Assembly: GCA_031553315.1 (NCBI GenBank)
Contig: JAVBLT010000020.1
Span: 20,856-84,855, forward strand
Source: Kiritimatiellia bacterium
Lineage (GTDB): Bacteria > Verrucomicrobiota > Kiritimatiellia > RFP12 > DVOR01
Direction: 5' to 3'
Length of the DNA stretch: 64,000 nt
The notes below the pieces were generated by a model. It searched no databases, had not been told where the DNA came from, and saw only the letters and a list, made by a program, of their open reading frames with translations. Made by a program: the position numbers and the translations under genes. Within the stretch, counting starts at the first letter, position 1, and each line of letters begins with the position of its first letter. Positions 38,275 to 47,700 of the stretch are shown here, one piece after another.

Positions 38275-41200
38275 ATGAAAAAAATGTGCTTTGTTGCGTT
38301 GTTATTGGCCGGAGGCGTGCCGTTTTTCGCGGTTGCGGCCTCGCTGAGCGTGAACTTTACAACACCGGGCGGAACCGGCGCGCTGGTTCAGGGCTCGAAT
38401 TACGGGCTTGTGCCCGTGACGGCCGCCAATTGGAACCAGGTCACCACGGTCAGCGCCGCCGCAAATGATGTGGCCGATGATGTGTTTCCCGCCGCGGTCG
38501 CGCTGAAAGACAGCTCCGGCGCTCTGACCGCCGCCACTGTCGCGGCCGATGCCCGAACGCTTGAAACCGGCCTCGGAACCGCCTATGATCCCATTTTGCG
38601 CGGTTATATGCTTGATTATGCCGGAGGAACGGCGCGCTCCGAGAATGGTTGGCCCAAGGTGAAGCTCACCGGAATTCCGTATTCGCGCTACCGCGTGTAC
38701 GTCTATATGTGCAATGAAACCTGGGAGAAAAGCGGTTCCGTGACCATTACGCCCGAAGGCGGAGCCCGCAGCGATTTTTATTATATGGACGGCGCCTCCG
38801 TTAAAACCGCCGCCGACAACACCGGCTGGGGCAACCGCGGGATCAACGCGCTTAAGCTGGGCGTCAACTGCCTGCGGACGCCTGTGCTGAGCGAGCCTGC
38901 GATCACCGTCGGCGCGTATCGGAGCAACAGCGCCTATTTCCGCGGAACCATCGCGGCGATTCAGGTTGAGGAAGTCAGAACCGAAACCCTCACGCTGACC
39001 GGAAACCAGACCATCAATGCCGCCGACTACACGCCCGGCGTGGAGCTCACGATTGACAATGCCGGCTCCGGCAATACCCTCACGGTGAAAGGCGCGCTCA
39101 GCGTGGGCACGCTGACCTTCACCGGCAACCCGTTGAACATTCGCCTGGCCGAACCCATCGCGGCCGACACCCTGCTGGTGCAGAACAGCCTCACATTCAC
39201 CACTTTTCTCAAAAATTCCGTCTTGCCGCAACGGCTGACTTTGCTTGATGGAACCATCACGCTTGAAGGTGCGGGCGCGCTGAACCTGCCGCCTCCGGCG
39301 GGCGCCGATTCGTTCACGCGCGATACGGCCGCCACCACCGGCCTTCACGCTTACGCGCAGCGCCTGCTCCCCCAGGCGGGGCTCGGCTCGGTCAGCGTCA
39401 ACTTCGCCTCCAACAAAGCTTCGCTTGAAGGTCAAAGCGGCGTTGTCGGCGCCTATCCCGTCGATGCCGCCCGGTGGATGAACACCGCCAATCCCGGCAA
39501 CAGCGGCGGCACGCCGACCACAACCGTCTTTTCCGCGCTGACCAACGATCTGGGAACCGTTCTTTCCGCTTCGCTTCAGGTGTGTTCCAACGGCGGAACC
39601 TACAACAATGGTTCCAACGCCACACTGATCGGCAAGCTGATGTATGGGTATCTTGACGATTCCCACGGAAGCAATTTCGCCGGTTTTCAGGTCACGGGCG
39701 TGCCGTATGAGCGATATGGCGTGATCATCTATTTCAATACCGACAGCGGCAACGCCACGCCCTTCCCCGCTTACCGCGTCAACGGAGCCTACTATCGCGG
39801 AACCCCCGCTTTGGGCACATTGACCGGCACCGGCGCGCAGAACTACTGGGGCGCCAAATCGACGACGGCGCTGACTGAAGGCGGCAACTATCTTGTCGTG
39901 ACCGGCTTCAGCAACACCGACAATCCGAACCTGCTGGTGTCTCTCCCCGCCGGAGCCGTTCCCTGGTATGCGGGATACCGCGCCTGCATTTCCGGTTTTC
40001 AGCTCGTCGACATGACCAGCCTCTTCCCGCCCGAGCATTACACCGCCACCGTGCCCGGCAGCGCCGCCATGACCGAAATCGAATGGGACAACGGCAAAAA
40101 CTGGAGCGGCGGCTCTTTGAATGCCACCGCCGCCATTGATTTCACCTCCGCCGCCACCCTCACGCTCGATGGATCCGTGATGCTTCAACAACTGGCGCTT
40201 TCCAGCGCCGGCAGCCTCCTCATCAGAAATGCCGCCGTGCCCCTTGCCGTGGCCTCCTGGGATCTCGGCGGCGTGACCGCGCTGGTGATCGACGGCCAGA
40301 GCGATACCCTCTTCCCGGCTCCCATGACGAGCCTCCCGAAAAAATACCTCTACACCGCCCCCGGCGGCACGGTTTCAATCGATGCCGGAAAGGTCTATGA
40401 ATTCCACGCGGGAACCGCCGAATCCCCCGCCGTCTACACCCCGGTCTACGCCGGCGGCGAGCTTCAGATCACCGGCGGCCATTACCGGATGACCGCCGCT
40501 CCCACCCCCGCGAAAACCACGCTCAAAATCAGCGGCGACCCCGTCATTCACTTCAACAACGGCTCCGCCGATACCAATTTCGACGTCGGCTCGATGGACG
40601 TCACGCTCTCGGGCGGCACGATTCGCGCCGGTAAATTCATCACCTCTCAAGGCGGCGACAACCGCCCCAACACCTTCACCATGACCGGCGGCGAGATCAT
40701 CGTCTCAGGCAACGGTTCGGCCGGCGCCACCGGCACGGCTCCGCTCATGTTCGGCCACTGGGGCGCGGCCGCGACCGGCAAATCGGTCGTCAACCTCTCC
40801 GGCGGCTCCATCCGCGCCGACAACGGCGGCTTCCGCCTCAGCAACGACAGCCAGGTCGATTTCACCATGAGCGGCGGCTATCTCCGCGCCAAAGAAATCA
40901 GAGGCAAAGGCAACAACGACACCACCTTTACCCTCTCCGGCGGCGAGCTCGCCATCGGCTCCGGCGGTTTCGACAACCTCGGAAGGTGCACCTTCACCCT
41001 GGCCGGCGGCGCCGTCACGGCGCTCGAGACCAACGGCATCCGCATGACCGTTTCCACGCGCGCCGGAACCACCTCCACCGTCTCCGCCGCCGCCGGTCAA
41101 TCGACCAGCCTCGCGGTCGTTCAGGGCGGAGGCAACCTTGTGTTCGGCACGGAAACCAACACCGGCGCCATGAGCCTCACCGCGCCCTGCCCCGCTTTCA

Positions 41201-44200
41201 GCGGCAGGCTGACGCTCGGCGGCATCGCCTTTAAAATGGGAACCTTCCGCATGCCCGCCGCCACGCTCGATCCCGCCTCAGCCGGCGCAATCAGCCTGAC
41301 GCTTTCAAATGAGGACTTCACCGCCGTCGACCCGCTCGCCATAATCGGCTGGAGCGGCGCCGACCTGCCTGAAAACATCACCTTCGCCGTTTACGAGCCC
41401 GACGGCGCCACCCTTCGCGCCGATTGCCCGGTCATTCTCGACACCGCCCGCCAATGCCTCGCCATCGCCCTTCCCGGGCAGACCTGGACGGCCTCCTCCG
41501 ACCTCTCCGGCCTCAATGCCTACACCAACCTGACCGTGGGCGACGGCGCCGCGGCCGACGGCCTGATCGCTTTCAACCAGCTCATCGTTCCGGCGGCCGG
41601 AGGCGCCATCGCCTGTTCGGGCGATGCCTCGATCCGCCCCGCCTCGCTCGTGCAAACCGGCAGCCTCACGCTCGACGCCACCGCCTTTGCATCCAAAGCC
41701 GCCTATGCCGCCCCCGGCCTGCCCTACAGCGCCTGCCTGCTCCACACGGCCATCGGCGACACCTCCAAGGTCACCATCATTCCGCCCGAGCTGCCCGTGG
41801 GGTATGAAACCGCCACCGAAGTCTATGCCGACGGCGCCTACCTCGTCATCACCTCGCCGGTCTACACCACCCCCTGCATCAGCCTCAACTTCATCGCCGC
41901 CGACGGCGTCGACGGCCCCAAAGCCGGCTACGGCCAGCTTCAGAGCCCGACCATTCACTACGGCGCTTACCCCGTGCCCGGAGCCGACTGGCATGAAATC
42001 GATGCCGTCGCCAATTCGGCCAACACCACGACCAACATCGGCCAAATCAGCGTGTCGCAGTGGGGGCAGCGCGGTTACTACGGCTGCTCCACCGTGCCGC
42101 TCGATTTCCTCAAGGGGTATATCGACGACGGCACCGATTATGCCCGCCCCTCCCTCACCATTCGCGGCCTCGAAGCCGCCTTTGGCGAAGGCGCCAAGTA
42201 TCGCGTGGTCTTCTACGCCTCCACCGACACCGCGGGCGGTCAGTTTGGCTATGCCACCATCGGCGGCGTGAACTACTCCGCCAAACACGGCCACACCGTT
42301 AAAGCCCTCGCCGAAAAATGGGGCGACTCCCGCTCCACAACCCCCGTAGAGGGCGATTTCCATGTGATTTCCGACGTCCTCACCGGCGATGAACTCATCC
42401 TCAGCGGCAACCGCCTCAGCGGCTCCGTGCGCGGAACCATCGCCGCCATCCAGATCGTGCAGGTCACCGATACGCTTCGCCAGGTGCCGCTCTACCAACC
42501 CACCGCCCTCGCCACCGGCGATTGGACCGACAGCGCCTGGGTCGACGCTTCCAACGGCGACGCCCCCTACGGCGGCTCCTGGAATGAACCCGCCGCAATG
42601 GCGCTGATCGATGCAACCAACGCCGGCGCCGTCACGCTCACCGTGAATCAGGCCGTCGCCCTCGCCAAGCTCACCGTCAAAGGCGGCGGCGACCTGACCA
42701 TCGCCCTGGGCCCCGGCGGCAGCTTCACCGCCGCGGAGTACGATTTCTCCCAGCACACCGGCACCCTTGCCGTCGGCTTTGCCACCGGCGTCGCCAACGT
42801 GACCTCCGGCGCCCGCACCGCCCTGGTTTCCGGCTCGGGCATCCTCACCATCGATCCCGGCAAAGTGGCCACCCTGCCCGCGCTCGGCGCGTGGAGCGGC
42901 ATCGTGATCAACAACGGCATCATCCGTTACCGCGGTGCCCTCACCGCCTCGGCCGTGCCCGCCCAGGTCGGCGTCGTCGCCTTCGACGACCTCACCTACA
43001 CCGGCAATGCGGGCTTCAGCGTGCCCACCTTCAAAATGGAACCCGGCGACCGCCTCCTGATGAACAACACCGAAAATCCCGCCAACGCCCACCGCTTCGC
43101 CAGCAACGCCCTCATCACCGGCGGCACCCTCACCATCGGCTCCGCCGCTTCGCGCCAGGCCGCGTATTGGAACGGCAACACCACCATCACCCAAACCGGC
43201 GGCGACATTGTTTACGAGAGCGACGGCATTCAAGACGGCGTGACCCAAGCCAAAGGCTTCCTCTTCGGCGCCAACGCCGGCAGCACCGCCTGGATCGCCT
43301 CCGGCGGCTCCATCCATGCGCCCAAAGCCCCGCTCAACTTCTGGTCCCTGCCCGGCAGCCTCACCCTTTCGGGCGGCGCCCAGGCCGCCTTCGCCGGCAT
43401 TATCCGGGGCAGCGGAAACGGCAGCAGCACCGTGATCGTGAAAGACGGCGCCTCGCTGACGCTCGGTGCGACCGGCGTGCCCGCCGCGACCGGCCTGGCG
43501 ACCTTTACCGTGACCAACGCCACACTCAACGCCTCCGCCACCACCGCCTTCGAGAATACCTTGACGCTGGGCGGCGAGGTCTCCCTCGGCGTTGCTCCCG
43601 GCGAAACCCTGACCCTCGGCGGCGCCCTTTCGGGCACTGGCGTGGTCTCGCTGAAAAGCGGAACCCTCGCCGTTCAGGCAAACACCTCCTCCGGGTTCAT
43701 CGTGGAAAACGGAGCCGCCTTGCGCATCGAAGGCCTCATGGGCGGCGCGAAGAACCGCCACATTCGCCTACGCGTGACCGATTGGCCCAAAACCAACCCC
43801 AACGGCAACCTCTCGCTCGTCGCCTCCGGCGTCGCCATCGGCGAATTCCGCCTCCTCTCCGGCGGCCGGCCGCTTGCCTGGGGCCAAGCCACCCTCGCCG
43901 CCAACCCCGAGCACGGCAACGGAGCGGCAGCCAATGAAGGCAGCGGCAAAATGTTCGACGGCGCGTTCAACACCAAAGCCTACATGAGCGCCGTCGCCGC
44001 GCAATACGTCTTCACCTTCGACCGGAAAGACGGCGCCCCCGTGTTCGACGCCTACCAGATCTTCGCCACCGACGTCAACGGCCGCAACCCCATCGCCTGG
44101 GTTCTCGAAGGCAGCGACAACGGCACAACCTGGGTTGAACTCGACCGGCGCACGCTGACGCTCGACGAGGCCGCCGCCTGGTCCTGGACCGGCGCAACCG

Positions 44201-44592
44201 CAAACGAGCCCGGCCCCAGCCAGGGCAAAACCTTCACCCTCGCCTCAGGCCGCGCCCGGGATCTCACCGTCAGGAGCGGCGCCGCACTGGGCGGCACCGG
44301 CCTTGTCTCCGGGAAACTGGTTTTGGAAGACGGCGCCCTGCTCAGAAAAACCAACCCCGACCCTGAAGCCGCGCTCACCCTCAGCACCCCCGCCCAGCTC
44401 GGCGGTTCCGTTCGCGTGCAATGGTCCGGCTTCCCGCTTCAAAAGAACGTGAAAAACTACATCCTCAAAGGCCCCGGCACGCAAAGCCTCGACCTTTCAA
44501 AGATCGTGCCGCCCCCCGCGGCCAGGATCGGCCTCGACGAAACCGGTCTTTTCCTCCAGACCCGCGTGGGATTGACGATTCTGTTCTTCTGA
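38275..44592 (+). CDS. Large secreted protein 2 (2105 aa): three copies of an uncharacterised domain, beta-repeat stalk, discoidin-like insert
   Basis: Signal peptide, GG-rich passenger-like repeats, WVLEGSDNGTTW motif; ends VGLTILFF. Confidence 0.85.
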   Translation: MKKMCFVALLLAGGVPFFAVAASLSVNFTTPGGTGALVQGSNYGLVPVTAANWNQVTTVSAAANDVADDVFPAAVALKDSSGALTAATVAADARTLETGLGTAYDPILRGYMLDYAGGTARSENGWPKVKLTGIPYSRYRVYVYMCNETWEKSGSVTITPEGGARSDFYYMDGASVKTAADNTGWGNRGINALKLGVNCLRTPVLSEPAITVGAYRSNSAYFRGTIAAIQVEEVRTETLTLTGNQTINAADYTPGVELTIDNAGSGNTLTVKGALSVGTLTFTGNPLNIRLAEPIAADTLLVQNSLTFTTFLKNSVLPQRLTLLDGTITLEGAGALNLPPPAGADSFTRDTAATTGLHAYAQRLLPQAGLGSVSVNFASNKASLEGQSGVVGAYPVDAARWMNTANPGNSGGTPTTTVFSALTNDLGTVLSASLQVCSNGGTYNNGSNATLIGKLMYGYLDDSHGSNFAGFQVTGVPYERYGVIIYFNTDSGNATPFPAYRVNGAYYRGTPALGTLTGTGAQNYWGAKSTTALTEGGNYLVVTGFSNTDNPNLLVSLPAGAVPWYAGYRACISGFQLVDMTSLFPPEHYTATVPGSAAMTEIEWDNGKNWSGGSLNATAAIDFTSAATLTLDGSVMLQQLALSSAGSLLIRNAAVPLAVASWDLGGVTALVIDGQSDTLFPAPMTSLPKKYLYTAPGGTVSIDAGKVYEFHAGTAESPAVYTPVYAGGELQITGGHYRMTAAPTPAKTTLKISGDPVIHFNNGSADTNFDVGSMDVTLSGGTIRAGKFITSQGGDNRPNTFTMTGGEIIVSGNGSAGATGTAPLMFGHWGAAATGKSVVNLSGGSIRADNGGFRLSNDSQVDFTMSGGYLRAKEIRGKGNNDTTFTLSGGELAIGSGGFDNLGRCTFTLAGGAVTALETNGIRMTVSTRAGTTSTVSAAAGQSTSLAVVQGGGNLVFGTETNTGAMSLTAPCPAFSGRLTLGGIAFKMGTFRMPAATLDPASAGAISLTLSNEDFTAVDPLAIIGWSGADLPENITFAVYEPDGATLRADCPVILDTARQCLAIALPGQTWTASSDLSGLNAYTNLTVGDGAAADGLIAFNQLIVPAAGGAIACSGDASIRPASLVQTGSLTLDATAFASKAAYAAPGLPYSACLLHTAIGDTSKVTIIPPELPVGYETATEVYADGAYLVITSPVYTTPCISLNFIAADGVDGPKAGYGQLQSPTIHYGAYPVPGADWHEIDAVANSANTTTNIGQISVSQWGQRGYYGCSTVPLDFLKGYIDDGTDYARPSLTIRGLEAAFGEGAKYRVVFYASTDTAGGQFGYATIGGVNYSAKHGHTVKALAEKWGDSRSTTPVEGDFHVISDVLTGDELILSGNRLSGSVRGTIAAIQIVQVTDTLRQVPLYQPTALATGDWTDSAWVDASNGDAPYGGSWNEPAAMALIDATNAGAVTLTVNQAVALAKLTVKGGGDLTIALGPGGSFTAAEYDFSQHTGTLAVGFATGVANVTSGARTALVSGSGILTIDPGKVATLPALGAWSGIVINNGIIRYRGALTASAVPAQVGVVAFDDLTYTGNAGFSVPTFKMEPGDRLLMNNTENPANAHRFASNALITGGTLTIGSAASRQAAYWNGNTTITQTGGDIVYESDGIQDGVTQAKGFLFGANAGSTAWIASGGSIHAPKAPLNFWSLPGSLTLSGGAQAAFAGIIRGSGNGSSTVIVKDGASLTLGATGVPAATGLATFTVTNATLNASATTAFENTLTLGGEVSLGVAPGETLTLGGALSGTGVVSLKSGTLAVQANTSSGFIVENGAALRIEGLMGGAKNRHIRLRVTDWPKTNPNGNLSLVASGVAIGEFRLLSGGRPLAWGQATLAANPEHGNGAAANEGSGKMFDGAFNTKAYMSAVAAQYVFTFDRKDGAPVFDAYQIFATDVNGRNPIAWVLEGSDNGTTWVELDRRTLTLDEAAAWSWTGATANEPGPSQGKTFTLASGRARDLTVRSGAALGGTGLVSGKLVLEDGALLRKTNPDPEAALTLSTPAQLGGSVRVQWSGFPLQKNVKNYILKGPGTQSLDLSKIVPPPAARIGLDETGLFLQTRVGLTILFF

Positions 44593-44593
44593 A

Positions 44594-44630
44594 AAAAAGC
44601 GGCGCTCCCCGAAAAGGAGCGCCGCTTTTT
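44594..44630 (+). terminator. Intrinsic terminator
   Basis: aaaaagcggcgctcc-loop-ggagcgccgcttttt. Confidence 0.85.
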
Positions 44631-44747
44631 CGCCTGCTCACACGAGGATGCACATCGCGTCGCCGTCAAATCGTTCACTTGCTTTTCTCCCTTTTGGCTT
44701 TTATGATTCCCGCAACACACATTGAGGTGCTGTCGAAAGGAATCAAA

Positions 44748-47700
44748 ATGAAAAACATCGGGAATTTTAAGCGTTTGCGCATCGGCGTTTCTCTCATGGC
44801 TCTGTTTCCGCTTCTTGCGGCCGCCGGATCGATCAGTTTGAATTTCACCCCCGCCGGCAATATCGGCGACCTCGAGGCGGGAACCAACTATGGTCTTGCC
44901 CCTGCGGACGGAAGCGCCTGGACTCAGATCACCGCCGTCAGCGGTGGAGGAGAAGCCAATCTAAACGAGCTCTGGTCTGCCCCCGTGATTCTCAAAGATG
45001 CCAAGGGCGTAATCACAACCGCGACCATTGAGACCGATGCCCGCGCACTTGAGCGCGGAAACGGTACGAATTACGACGGCCTTCTCCGCGGTTATTTTCT
45101 CGATTACTGGGTAGGTGCCCGCTGGGAGCAGCAAAGCTGGCCCAGAATCAAGTTAAGCAACATTCCCTATGCGCGCTATCGTATCTACGTTTACATGTGC
45201 AACGCCAGCATCGTGAAAAACGCCTCTCTGACCATCACGCCCGAAGGCGGCGAGCAAAGCCTCTATTATTATATGTCGGGCGCCACGCTGAAAACCGCCG
45301 CCACGCCCACCGCCTGGGGCGATAAAGCCGTCACCGCGCCCACGCTGGGTTCCAACTGCCTGCTCACGCCCATTCTGAGCGAACCCACGATTACCATCAA
45401 GCTGCACCGGGTCGCCGGCGAATCCCGTGCCAGCGTGGCGGCCATGCAAATCGTGGAAATGGATGAGCCCACCCTCACGCTCTCTTCCGATGCCACAATC
45501 AATCCCGTTGACTACACGCCGTGCAGCGCGCTGACCATCGTCAACAACGGCACGGGCAACACCCTCACCCTCAACGGTGCGATCAGCCTCTCCTCGCTCA
45601 ACGTTTCGGGCAACCCGCTCATTATCAAGCAGAGCGCGCCTCTCTCAATCGAGAACACCGTTGAAATCAATACCGCGATCACATTCGTTCCCGCAATCAC
45701 ATCTTCCGTTTGGCCGCAGCGCCACCTGCTGATCAACGCGCCCGCCGTCACCCTTGGCGCTTCCGGTTCCGTGCAGTTTGCGCCGTCGCGTGAAGGGTTT
45801 ATCGTCAGCCAGGAAGGATCTCTTGGCGCAGGTCTTTCGGCCATTGTCCGCTCCGCCCTTCCCGAGCCCGGAAGCGCCCGAACGGTTTCCGTCAATTTCG
45901 CCTCCGACATTTCCTCCCTTGCAGGCGAAACCGGTATGGTGGGCGCCTATCCGGTCGATGCTTCTCTTTGGATCAATTGCAATCAATACGGCAACACAGG
46001 CGCAAACCCCACGCAGACCGTTCTCTCCGCATTGGCCGATAATCTTGGCAACACCAATGAGACCTCCTCGCTGCAGGTGGCTTCACGTGGCGGCGGTTAT
46101 TACAGCGGCACAAAAAACACGCTGATCGGCAAGCTCATGTATGGTTATCTCGATGATTCAAACAACGGCAGCAACTATGCCGGTTTCAAGGTCACCAACG
46201 TTCCTTACGATTCTTATGCCGTGGTCATCTATTTCAATAACGCGGGCGGTCAGGCCAATCCCTTCATCGCCTATCGCGTCAACGGTTCCTATTATCGCGG
46301 CGATGCCGCCCTGGGCGGAACCCTTCCCGCCTCCGGCGCCACCGCCTATTGGGGATCGAAATCGACCACCGCGCTTACAGAAGGCGGCAACTATTTGGTG
46401 ATCGGCGGCTTCTCAAAAGAACGCACCCCCGATTTGCTTGTTTCAATCGATAACTGGGGGTCAGGCGGTTATCGCGGATGTATTTCCGGTTTTCAACTGA
46501 TTGAAACCGATTCAACGATCCCTGCTGAAACATTTTCGGCAACCGTTTCCGGCGATGCGACCCTGTCGCAAATCGCCTGGGATGATGGAAAAGCCTGGAT
46601 CGGCGGCTCGCCCAACACCTCCGCCACGATCACCTTCGAAGGCGATGCCACCCTCACGCTCGACGGCGTGGTCTCGCTCAAGAGCTTCACTCTGATTTCT
46701 TCCGGCAGGTTGCTCATCAAAAATGCAGCCACGCCTCTTTCCGTTTACAACTGGGATCTGGGCGGCGTTGCCGCGCTTGAGCTTGATGGCCAGGGCAGCA
46801 CGCTCCTTCCTTCGCCCATGGCGGCCATTCCGAAAAAATACTTCTACACCGCTCCCTCCGCCACGCTCAACGTGGCCTCGGGCGAAGTCTACGAAATGCA
46901 TGCCGGTTCCGCGGAATCGCCCGCCGTTTACACCGCCAGCTACGCCGGCGGCGCGCTTGAGATCAGCGGCGGCAATTACCGCATGACCGCCCCTCCCACG
47001 AATACCCGAACCGCGCTTGATATCAGCGGCAACCCCGTTGTCCGTTTCCACAACGGCACCGCCGAGCAGACCTTCGGCATCGGCAAGATGAATGCGGTCA
47101 TCTCCGGCGGAACCATTTACGCCAGCAAGTTTGTGACTACCGAAGGCGCGGATTTCCGTACCAACACCGTCGATATCACCGGCGGCGACATCATCATCTC
47201 CGGAACCGGCGCCGCCAGCGCAACTTCAACCGCCGCCCTGATGTTCGGCCACTGGTCGGCCGGAAATTCCGTCGTTACGCTTTCGGGAGGCTCCATCCGC
47301 GCCGACCAGGGCGGTTTCCGCATCAGCAACGACAGCCCTGTCGACTTCACCGTGAGCGGCACCGGTTACCTCCGCGTGAAAGGGATCGGCGGAAAGGGCA
47401 CGCAACCCACCGCCTTCACAGTCGCCGATGGCGGCGAGGTCGCGATTGGCGTCAACGGCTTTACCAGCCTTGCCAACCTCACCTTCACGCTCGCCGGCGG
47501 TGCGTTGACCTCGTTTGAAAACAACACCATCAGCATGGCAATCACCGCCCGGGAAGGAACCGTTTCCACCATTTCCGCCGCAGCCGGGGTCACAGCCACC
47601 CTCAACGCCATTCAAGGCGGCGGCTCGCTCATTCTGGGTACCGCCGCCAACACCGGCACCCTCAAGCTCGCCTCCGCGCTGCCCGCTTTCACAGGAACCC

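Noticed and set aside
44421-44747. Upstream extension of the 2060-aa ORF
   Set aside because: It overlaps the previous gene and crosses its terminator; the RBS and signal peptide support ATG 44748.
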